A stretch of 16,095 bases of DNA from Selaginella moellendorffii (GCF_000143415.4 NW_003314523.1:1-16095); one strand, 5' to 3'; shown: positions 1 through 8,602, counted from the first letter of the stretch. Notes: generated from the sequence alone by a model not told the origin. Made by a program: numbers and translations.

Positions 1-1660
1 ACAAAATGTTGCTCGTAACTGCAGTCGTCAATGTTTCTCGGCGAGATTGAACTTGATCTGGAATCATACAAGAGCTTGCTATGAATAGTTTGATCTAGGC
101 GCGAACCTTAGTTAGCGGTGGAATTGCTGTCTCCATACCTCGAGATTTTTCTCGAACGAAGGTTCCAACGCGATTGTAGAAAAGCTTGCCCTGGGGTCAA
201 GCTCGTACCTTGACACTGGACTCATCTGCGAGCTCCCATTCTCATCGTCGGTCGCACAGAGAGCTTAATCCGATGGAAGATAGGGGCGGCGGATTTGCGT
301 CGGTCAGCCTCTTCGAGCATCGGATCGCCCCATTGTTGTGAGAGCCTAGTCTAGCCAGTGAAGAAAAATATCTTACTGAAAGAAAGATCACATTGACCAT
401 CTGGAGGTGTTGGATCACATAAAATCCTGGAGTATTCTTCTTGTTACGTTCGATCCAAGCCGATCAAACGTCTTGGATGTAGAGGTTGTCTGGAAGACAA
501 TCCTAGCAGCCTGGCAGCATGACACCTGATCTCTCTGTCAAGAACTCCTATGGAAGTGCTTAAGCCTTGGTTCCCGCAAACTCCTCGTGGCGATTCGGTT
601 TAAGCGGTCTACCAGCCTTCTCGCAATCTGGCTGCCGGATTGGCTTCAGTTCACTACGAGGCATGTCCTCCGTTTTCTAGTGTCTAGACAAGGCGGCGCC
701 AGCAAAGCTAAGTTAAGTTCGCGCGGTTACTTCATCTGACTTTTCAGAAGATCGTTCCAGCTCAGGAGTTTAATCCTTGCGAAGTTTGGAAGGATCCTCC
801 AAACCTTCTGAATCCTAACACAGGAAATCTAAAGTGAGACCTCGAGATCAAATAAAGCAACACGTAAAAGACTTGAAAACCTGGTCGTGCTTGTCGCTTA
901 AATCGTCCTTTTGGAGAGCATCGTCCAGTGAGTTGTCAAGAAAGCTCAGATACTTCCCAAGAAAGCTCCCCTTCACCTCGCCAAGTTTCTGCTTAGACAC
1001 TTCATGCTTGAGCCTCTGCTTCTGCAGAAAGTTGTCAAGCGCAACCCGGTCACGCTCCATGGCTTCTTTCACATTTCCAAGAAAGAAGCGCCTCTCCTTC
1101 TCTTTTTCCTTTTCGAGAGACTCCTGCTTCGTGAAATCTCTCTTCATCGTTTCTGGAAGCTGAGAACACGCAACCGAATCAATACTTCCGACCTAGAAAA
1201 CTATATCTAAGTGTCACCTTCGTGGTTTTGGGACCTTCCAGCGCTGGTGCTGTCTGATCCTCTTGCTTTGCAGTCGCTACATTCGTTCTTGCTGAAATAA
1301 CCTTGCCATCGTCCAAACCTTTGGTTCTCACGCTTTGTAGAGCTATCCTGTTCTCTATATTCTCCTGGCATTGAGAGCATACGCAGATATCCAGCAAGCT
1401 TCGAAGACGTCCTTCCGCGGCCTATAAAGAAGAAAGAAGAAATAAAACGATGGTCTAAACTCAAGAAAGAAGGAGCCTTCGACCAACCTTAGCAGAAGCT
1501 TCCATGTTCAAAGCATTCTCCTCCGAGTCGATGAGCGCCTCAATCTCTTTGAGAAGCTTTAACTTCTCACGAGAGAACCCCGCCAAGTCCCACAGCTCCA
1601 GCTGCCTCTTCTTGTTCATCAAATCCCCACCGTGATCCTTCTTCGACCCGACCCTGGACC
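1..1660. repeat. Direct repeat, left copy (partner 14444-16095)
   Basis: Near-identical sequence recurs at an offset of about 14.44 kb (ORFs 1207..1464 and 15642..15899 are identical), with indels and one non-homologous block (about 735-876 vs about 15115-15311). Confidence 0.95.
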
Positions 1661-1982
1661 AAGCTGCCCTGTTCGACCAAGGATTCGATAGGAAGCCCTT
1701 CCCATTCACCGACATTGTCCGAAGAGCATTGGCCTGGAGCGCGCGGAGAAAGTTTGGATCGTGCGGTGGTGGTGAGTGATTGAGCTGCCGGAGGGAGAGG
1801 AGTGAGGAAGGGTGAGGAAGTAAAGGAGGAGGAGGAGGAGTGGCGACATTGATGTCGCTGGAGATCTTCTTGCGCTTGGCGGTGCCGGCGCCAGGCCTCC
1901 ACTCCATAGCCACGCGCGAGAAGGGCCACTGGAAACCCTCTACCCTGAAATGCCTCTTCTTGACGCCATTGAGAGCTTCCAT
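770..1982 (-). CDS. Uncharacterised spliced gene, family copy A (about 340 aa; Pro-rich N-terminal part, CxCxxC motif, charged coiled-coil-like C-terminal half). Exons 1982-1488, 1421-1218, 1159-881 and probably 814-770
   Basis: ORFs 1461..1982, 1179..1397 and 848..1147 join in phase 0 across GT-AG introns: 1487-1422 (66 nt, AAG|GTTGGT...TTCTTCTTTATAG), 1217-1160 (58 nt, AAG|GTGACA...TTCTCAG) and 880-815 (66 nt; an alternative acceptor at 829 would give a different last exon). Spliced product: MEALNGVKKRH...MEASAK|AAEGRLRSLLDICVCSQCQE...GPKTTK|LPETMKRDF...SDKHDQ|DSEGLEDPSKLRKD*. No family recognised. Confidence 0.6.
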
Positions 1983-2109
1983 GGCTGGATCATGCTCGCG
2001 CTACCCCGAGAGCATTGCGCCGCCGGAGCTGCCGCCACTCTGTTCGCGTGACAATGTTATAGCAGTTAGTCGTTAAACCTGGAAATGGTCTGCTGCCACG
2101 GCCACCATG

Positions 2110-2279
2110 GCCTCGCCACGTGGTCGGCGACGATCGTGTATGCGGGGCAGTCACCAGAGCTTACGCCGTCAAATTAAAAACAAAGAACGCCATGGTAATG
2201 CTCGGCTGGCATGGTAATTCATTTGAACTGTGGCATCATCGCTCGCCTCGCCACGTGGTCGGCTAGGATCTTGTATGCG
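2110..2279. promoter_or_regulatory. Duplicated 35-bp element, each copy with a G-box (CACGTG at 2117-2122 and 2252-2257), upstream of the minus-strand gene ATG at 1982
   Basis: gcctcgccacgtggtcggcgacgatcgtgtatgcg (2110-2144) vs gcctcgccacgtggtcggctaggatcttgtatgcg (2245-2279). GCCACGTGG is a classic bZIP/bHLH G-box/ABRE context. Confidence 0.4.
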
Positions 2280-3188
2280 AGGGCGGGAATAAATTTAAAA
2301 ACATGAATATTCGTTTCTTCTTCATTGCTTCGTTGCGAGGGTTTTTTGTGTGGAGGAAGTGCGATGGCGGGCAAAAGCTCGACGAGGGCAGCCGACAACG
2401 AGAAGAAGGGGAAGAGGAGAATGCCGAGGAAGGAACATCGCGGGATCAGTGAATCCCAACGGCAGCGCCAGGACAAGGAAAGGGCCAAGGCTCAAGCTGC
2501 GCAAGGTGAAATTTCGTGCAATCTCTCCCGAAATATCTCTCCCTCACTCTCAATCTCTCCCTCACACTCGAAATCTTGGCAAAGATTCTCTCTTTCTCTC
2601 TCGATCTCTGAAATCTTGCTGTTTCAGAGAAGAAGACGCGCGGGAACGATGCAGAGAGAGGAGCAGGATGAGGCCGCGAGCTCGTGGTGCTGTGAGATCG
2701 TCGAAAGAAAGGGCGCGAGGCCATGTATCGAGCGGCAATCTGTTGTCATTTTGTGAATTTGATCCAAGGCGGCTGACTTTCATCCTACATTCTCCCACTG
2801 CCTGGTCCGGGCGCTTAGCCGCGAGAGTTCTCTCTCGATCGAGCGATTTCCAAGCCAACGCCGCCGCGGATGGAGCTTGCGCTCGGATTTCTGCCGCACC
2901 AGTGGCTGGATTTCGATTCTGGGAGGGAAGAATGTAGCATCGACAGAAATTTTTAAAAATATTTAGGGTACAATTGTCCATGGCGGCCGCGTCTTGGATC
3001 GCACAGCGCGCTCCCGCTCGGAATGGCGCCAGGGCGAGCTTGGAATCCCCAGTTCTTGGTGGCGCCACGGCGAGCTCCATCGGATGGCCGCTTTGCTACT
3101 GCGGGAGCAAGTCGGATGGCATCTCGTTTTCACTGTAAGTCATTCTCGTTTGTGCTTGAGCTTGGAGTCGCGAGTGTGTGAGCGCTTG

Positions 3189-3520
3189 TGCTAGGGTATG
3201 CTGCTGATGGTGTTCCCGGTGTGCCTGGTTTTACAGCTCTGAAACTTATGAGGAAGCACGGCTCGCTAGAAAATCTAGTAAGTGCAGCGGCAATTCGGAC
3301 GGTTGTGAAGCCATACATGCAAGATGCTCTCAAGGAGCATTCCGTGTTGCTTGAGAAAAACTTGGAAGTTTTGTCCTTACGCAGGTAACTGGCTATTCTT
3401 TTCTAGCATGCCAGGTGATTTTCTTATTTCCTTTTTCTTGCAGAGATATTGACGTAGAGCTGGTGCTTGTCGAGGGATAAGTCAAGCGATCTTGCTGCAT
3501 TGAAGGAACTTGAAACGTTG
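3189..3520 (+). pseudogene. Fragment of an organellar 5'-3' exonuclease (OEX2-like, H3TH region), degraded copy
   Basis: LGYAADGVPGVPGF-TALKLMRKHGSLENL...VLSLRR. Relative to the 8076 copy, GD has become GY and GRK is deleted (9 bp). A 59-nt intron at 3385-3443 is followed by a last exon that is frameshifted to a stop at 3478-3480. Confidence 0.8.
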
Positions 3521-3623
3521 CAGGTTGTTTAGCAGCGGTGAACTGATCAGGCTCAAGGTATGAAAATTTTGAGCTCGCTTTATCGTTTCTTACTACGGCC
3601 TTCGTAGAATCCATAGTCTGTCC

Positions 3624-5799
3624 TTGATGGAAGCGAAGGTTGGTCCACTTCTGCAGAAACCTCAGGGTCTTTCAAATGAAGTGTACAGACGAATGCAACG
3701 TCAGGGATTGAAACCAGCCATTGGCATTGTTGTTGGTGCTCTCAAGGTATGTAGAAGCATGAGAGATCTACAACTAGGCAGGAGAATGAACAGGGATGTT
3801 TCCGAGACAGGTGACTTCTCAAACATTATCGTCGCCAACATCCTGCTTGATCTGTACGCGAAATGCGGAAGCATGATAGATGCTCGTGGAACATTTGACA
3901 GCATGCCGCATCGCGATGTTGTCTCCTGGAATTCGATCGTACAGGGATATGATATGCACAGAGTGGAAATGGTGAAATGGCTCTACAGTTGTTTGCTCCT
4001 CTGGGAGACGAAGGGTACAAACCGGATCGAGTATCAGTTCCTGGTGCTCTCAAGGCTTGTTCCAGCTTGATAGAGAAGGATTCCGGGCAGGCTTTGGATG
4101 GTCAACGGGTGGTATTCTTAGAGAGGAGCAGGGAGATTCACAGGAAAGCAGTAAAACTTGGCTTAGACTCGGATCTCTTCGTCGCGAGCACCTTGATTGA
4201 TCTTTACGCAAAATGTGGGAGCTTGACAGAGGCTCGTCGAGTTTTCGAAGGAATGAGCCATCGTAGTGTGGTGACATGGAACTGCATGATTCTCGGGTAT
4301 GCCAGCAGCGGCGAGGGTGGTGAAGCTCTCGATATCTATGCTCGAATGCGTCGTGGAGACACTCCACCGGATGCTTTAACTTTCATCGCAGCGCTGAAAG
4401 CTTGTTGCCGTCTTGCGGACGAGGAACTTGCCCATGCCCCGGCACGCATTCGTGGCATGTTTGTTCCCCCATCGATGGATCGATCAGTTGTTCATGGTGA
4501 AGAAGAAACGGAAGTCTTGAAGATTCAGAGCTTCGAAAAAGGAAGGGCCGTTCGCTTGGAAGCTGGTAAGCACTATTCAAACATCTTAGTGACCAACACA
4601 CTTGTGGAGTTCTATGCCAACTGTGGGAGCATGGTGGAGTCTCGCAGTTTCTTTGACAGTATTGAACGTCCAGACGTGGTTTCTTGGAACTGCCTCACTC
4701 TTGGTTATGCTCAGAACAGCAAAGGCGAGCAAGCTCTTGAGATATTCTTTAGCATGGACGAGAATGGTTGCGCTCCAGATCGTGTCACAGTTCTTGCTGC
4801 ACTAAAGGCCTGTGTCACCTTGGCTGAGAAGGAACAGGGCCAGATTGTCGACGGAGGCGTCGTTAAGCTTCGGGCTTTGCAGAGAGGCAAGGCCGTGCAT
4901 GCTCGAGCTCTCGCTTTTGTGGACGGAGAAGACCTCTCGGTTCATAATGCTCTCGTTGACATGTACGCCAAGTGTGGAGGCATGGTGGATGCTTGGCTGG
5001 TTTTCCAAGATATGGTGGTGCGACTTGGACGGGGATAATCCTGGGGTATGCTTGCGGCGGCCAGCACAAGCTCGTCTTACAATCGTTCGAAAGCATGCAA
5101 GAGGAAGGTGTTAAGGCAGATCATGTCACTGCTACTGCTGCATTTAAGGCTGTTGCGACTCTAGCAGAGAATGGAGACCGCAAGCTTGTGAAGAAATAGC
5201 TGGAGAAAGGCAGAGCTCTCCACTTGCAAGCCGCAAGGATTTGCGAACTGGATGACTACTTTTCGGTGGATATGTATACCAAGTGTCAAAGCACGGCGGA
5301 AGTCTTCACAGCATCAAAGGCCCCTTGATCTTGGGATATAGTCGGTTTGGAGAACCCGAGCGAGCTCTGGAGTTCTACACTCGGTTGCTGCACGAGAAAA
5401 GCTTGTAACCGGACGTACGTTGCTGCTCTCAAAGCCTGCGCTGAGCCTTGCAGCACTGGACTTCGGGCAGCAGATTCACGTACAAGCTTGCAGTGCTGGA
5501 TTGGATACAGAGGCATCGGTGGGAAGTTCTTTCTCTCAAAACGAGGCGCTCAAAGAGCGTGGCCTTGCAAGGTGGACGCGGTGGTGTGGATGGCATTCTT
5601 AAGTTCGTGCCTCAAGTGGAGAAATGTGGAGCTTGGCAGGATGGCCTTCAAGTCGGTTCTCAAGCTCGACGATGGAACAGGCTCTGCGTACTCTCTCACG
5701 TCCAACATCTATGCCCGAGGTCAGTCGGATTTACAACTCCAACATCATAGGAAACAGTTGTTGGAACGATTTAATGCTTCTTTTAACAGGAAGGCATGA
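3624..5799 (+). pseudogene. PLS-class pentatricopeptide repeat (PPR) gene with a C-terminal E domain and no DYW; disrupted
   Basis: Repeated motifs: LLDLYAKCGSMIDAR..FDSMPHRDVVSWN, LIDLYAKCGSLTEARRVFEGM..SVVTWNCMILGY, PDALTFIAALKAC, ALVDMYAKCGG. E-domain: DAVVWMAFLSSCLKWRNVELG..AYSLTSNIYA. Disruptions: frameshift from a GATAT duplication at 3946-3955, frameshift near 5015, in-frame TAG at 5197-5199, and further frameshifts after 5300. Confidence 0.9.
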
Positions 5800-6462
5800 A
5801 GAGAAAGGAACAGAACACAAGCGAAGAACAAGGATAAAGCAAGGAGAGGGGAAGCGGTTTAAAGGTATGTAATCGTTGCCTAATCCTACAACAAAGCATG
5901 GAAGTTTCTGGTCCCATTGGCCCCCGATGTTTATCATTTTCTCGCTCAACATGCCTTTGTGACCTTCCAACCAGCAGTGGCCTTGTTAAACAAACAGCTC
6001 CGCAAGCTTACCATGGATATGTCACTCATGTTGGTAGAGCCACAAACGCTCGTGTTTCCTCTCGTTTTTCTTCTGTCTTGCTTGGCTTGCATACTTTTCG
6101 TGTGTCGAATGAGCTTCCCTTCTTGCGAGTGAGTTCTTGAAGTGGCTGTCCAAAAGGCTTAAAATGACATGTTGTCTGGTTTTTTGTAAAATTTGCGTCA
6201 CTTGGCTTGTAGAAACTTTGTTCAATCCATGAATTTGCGACAGGAAGGAGAGCGCTTGAACGTGGATGATGGTGTGCTTTGGATCAACGTAGCCAGTGGA
6301 AGTTAGAAAAATGGAAGAACGAGGTGAAAACATTGACAGCGAAAGAAAGCTTTTTGATCCAGGTTTGCGGATACGGTGAAAAAACTCAGTTTTGGTGGTG
6401 TAGTAACTTTTTGACTTGGCTGTGATGTAGGGTTGAACACGCAACAAATAAAAGGGAAAGAG

Positions 6463-6512
6463 TTGACGGCTTATAAATTCCCACACTCTAGGATTTTGGG
6501 AATTTAGGGTTT
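6463..6512 (+). promoter_or_regulatory. Putative core promoter of protease gene copy 1: TGACG, TATAAAT (6472-6478) and telo-box TTTAGGGTTT (6503-6512) abutting ATG 6514
   Basis: The motifs are seen directly and are conserved before copy 2 (TATA 9793-9799). The telo-box is also kept in the diverged copy 3 (13207-13216). Confidence 0.5.
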
Positions 6513-6513
6513 G

Positions 6514-7539
6514 ATGGCAGAAACTTTTGGAAGGCTATCTGGGGATCATGGGTTGGAGAGGAAAATCAATGTTTTTTGGGATTCTGGTTGTGACCGTGAT
6601 ATTATCTCACAGAAATTAGTAGATGAATTCAATATTACTGTGGACAGTAATTCACAAGTTAAAGATTTCAAGTTTATGGTGGAGGATTGTGAATTTAAAA
6701 CAAGTTTGACTGTAAAACCATTGATTCTTGATCATGATATAATTTTGGGTTCACCTTGGATACATCAACATTGCTTAGAGTTAGACTGCAGTGGCACTAT
6801 AAACAGTTTAACTTTTGAGGTCAATAATTCTATATATTGCCTCAAGGAGATTGATGGTGCCCTTGATGATCACTACCAATTATATAAGTGCAGAAAATAC
6901 AAGAGAATAAATCAACATATATGTACTACTTTTCATTATGCAGAATACAGTGGGAGAATCAATGATCATCACATCACAATTGAATTTGATAATGGTTCTG
7001 ATTGGTCAGCTATATCACTTCAACTTCTCAAGAAACTTGGGCTCAAAGCAATTCGTGATTACAAGTATTTTACAAAAAGATTAACTGCAGATGTGCAAAT
7101 GAAAGATGGTTATGGAATTGAGAATTTAACGTATAAAATGGGAAGCTTTTCAGAAAGTACAGATTTTATTGGTATAAAAGAGAATATAGATACCATAATT
7201 TTGGGGATGAATTGGCTTAAGAAGCACTCAGCAATAATTGACTTCAGGAATCATATTGTTACTTTTAAATCTAGTGAATTGGGTTGCTGGTATAGACTTC
7301 AATATCCAAATGGTGTATTTGAAGTCAGTAAAGATAGATTTGTTACAGAGACAGATAGTTTATGTTGGTGCCACCAAAAAAAAAGGGCCTCAGTTTTGGT
7401 TATGGCAAAGGCAAGCAAGTGGATAAGAATGGTTCTCCAAATCACATCACAATTCTTACTGCACAGGATCAGATTGTTGACCAATACATTGTTAAGCTTG
7501 GAGTTTTTGAGTTCTAAAGGCAAAGCCGTGCATGCTTGA
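6514..7539 (+). CDS. Tandem double retropepsin-like (A2 / Ty3-gypsy-type) aspartic protease domain protein, copy 1
   Basis: Domain 1: INVFWDSGCDRDIISQKLV...HDIILGSPWIHQHCLELD. Domain 2: GRINDHHITIEFDNGSDWSAISLQLLKKLGL...TIILGMNWLKKHSAIIDFRNHIVTF. Both carry the hydrophobic-D-x-G and IILG-x-x-W retropepsin signatures. Intronless and AT-rich; ATG at 6514 (the ORF track starts at a TTG). Confidence 0.8.
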   Translation: MAETFGRLSGDHGLERKINVFWDSGCDRDIISQKLVDEFNITVDSNSQVKDFKFMVEDCEFKTSLTVKPLILDHDIILGSPWIHQHCLELDCSGTINSLTFEVNNSIYCLKEIDGALDDHYQLYKCRKYKRINQHICTTFHYAEYSGRINDHHITIEFDNGSDWSAISLQLLKKLGLKAIRDYKYFTKRLTADVQMKDGYGIENLTYKMGSFSESTDFIGIKENIDTIILGMNWLKKHSAIIDFRNHIVTFKSSELGCWYRLQYPNGVFEVSKDRFVTETDSLCWCHQKKRASVLVMAKASKWIRMVLQITSQFLLHRIRLLTNTLLSLEFLSSKGKAVHA

Positions 7540-7598
7540 GCTCTGGCTTTTGTGGACCAAGGGGACCTCTCTCGTGGTCATATACCTCTCTGGACATG
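7387..7598 (+). pseudogene. PPR gene remnant homologous to 4692-4963, overlapping the protease 3' end
   Basis: gcctcagttttggttatggcaaaggcaagcaag...aaggcaaagccgtgcatgcttgagctctggcttttgtggac...gacatg aligns to gcctcactcttggttatg...ggcaaggccgtgcatgctcgagctctcgcttttgtggac...gacatg. Confidence 0.85.
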
Positions 7599-7946
7599 AG
7601 TCATAACATAAATTGTTTTATATTTTGATTCTGTTTGAATAAATATTATCACAAGTAGAAATAATTTGCTACACATTGCTACATTCAATGCTTAATTTGT
7701 TTAATAGTACTGTTAGATGGTAGAATATCCTAGAATATTCAAGCATATTCTAGGTATAATCACTATCCCCTTATAGGTTTGGTTAAGCAAACAAATAATT
7801 TGGTGCCCGTTGCATGCAATAATACTTAATTCTTAATAGTAATATTATTCTTATATATTAATCCATTTGATCAAAGAAACGTTTATAATTATAAAGATAT
7901 TGATAATTTATAGACACAAGATTAATCTTATTTAATATCAACCATT

Positions 7947-8450
7947 TGGTCGTTTCACACTGTCAAGGATTACGTTGAACAACACAAACGCGAGCCTGGG
8001 ATTGAATTGGGACTTCGTATATATCCAGTTTCGTGAGTTTGGCTGATTATTTCTTCTTGTTTTTTTCTTTCCAAGGATGCTTGCTAGGGGATGCTGCTGA
8101 TGGTGGTCCCGGTGTGCCTGGTTTTGGACGGAAAACAGCTCTGAAACTTATGAGGAAGCACGGCTCGCTAGAAAATATATTAAGTGCAGCGGCAATTCGA
8201 GCGGTTGGGAAGCCATACATACAAGATGCTCTCAAAGAGCATTCCGTGTTGCTTGAGAAAAACATGGAAGTTTTGTCCTTACGCAGGTAACTGGCTATTC
8301 TTTTCTAGCATCCAGGTGATTTTCTTATTTCCTTTTTCTTGCAGAGATATTAACGTAGAGCTACCAGTTGAGTGGTGCAGGGATAAGTCAAACGATCTTG
8401 CTGCATTGCAGTGGCTGGAGAAAGAACTTGAAATGCTGCATCGTGTCTAA
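7947..8450 (+). pseudogene. OEX2: 5'-truncated organellar 5'-3' exonuclease (OEX2/At1g34380-like). Exons 7947-8016, 8076-8286, 8345-8450
   Basis: The spliced product WSFHTVKDYVEQHKREPGIELGLR|CLLGDAADGGPGVPGFGRKTALKLMRKHGSLENILSAAAIRAVGKPYIQDALKEHSVLLEKNMEVLSLRR|DINVELPVEWCRDKSNDLAALQWLEKELEMLHRV* matches, from recall, the C-terminal H3TH region of plant OEX2. Introns 8017-8075 (59 nt) and 8287-8344 (58 nt) restore the frame. The N-terminal nuclease domain is absent. Confidence 0.8.
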
Positions 8451-8453
8451 AGA

Positions 8454-8602
8454 GAGGTATCTGGCTATTCGTTTCTAGCATCCAGGTGATTTTTATATAT
8501 TTTCTTGCAGAGATATTGACGTAGAGCTGGTGCTTGTCGAGGGATAAGTCAAGCGATCTTGCTGCATTCCAATGGCTGGAGAAGGAACTTGAAACGTTGC
8601 AG
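8454..8602 (+). repeat. Tandem duplicate of the last intron and last exon of the exonuclease (copy of about 8285-8440), frameshifted
   Basis: aggtatctggctattcgtttctagcatccaggtgattt...ttcttgcagagatattgacgtagagct...gataagtcaagcgatcttgctgcatt repeats 8285-8410. Confidence 0.85.

Larger units (their letters stand above)
3189..7948 (+). repeat. Segmental tandem duplication, unit 1 (exonuclease fragment - PPR - protease - AT-rich tail)
   Basis: Collinear with about 8083-11477. Ends at ...aatatcaaccatttg, which recurs at 11463-11477. Confidence 0.92.

Noticed and set aside
20-700. Further minus-strand exons of the family-A gene (e.g. ...SFEKNLE|gtatgg)
   Set aside because: Some splice-like signals exist, but the frames examined contain stops and the two copies differ by frame-breaking indels, so no model can be supported.
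834-1210. Plus-strand ORFs (also 13469..13873 and 15326..15645)
   Set aside because: Antisense shadows of the minus-strand family-A exons, whose splice signals define the coding strand.
2325-3080. Long overlapping ORFs 2325..2756, 2350..2937 and 2562..3080
   Set aside because: Arg/Ala/Ser-rich translations typical of GC-rich non-coding DNA; no recognisable domain.
3977-5038. Functional 353-aa PPR protein
   Set aside because: It is the middle frame of a longer gene broken by frameshifts and a stop codon; it lacks a targeting peptide and an in-frame E domain.
6463-6478. TTGACG + TATAAA as a bacterial sigma70 promoter
   Set aside because: Spacing is only 3 nt rather than about 17, and the context is eukaryotic.
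5898-6486. ORFs 5917..6132 (+) and 6022..6486 (-) and their counterparts at 9199-9662
   Set aside because: Frames are not preserved between the duplicates and there is no recognisable homology. They may be decayed gene fragments but cannot be supported.
7801-7819. tggtgcccgttgc resembling an Athila-type primer-binding site, plus the palindrome ttgcatgcaa
   Set aside because: The match is imperfect, it does not follow an LTR end, it lies downstream of the protease, and it is altered in the second copy (11339).
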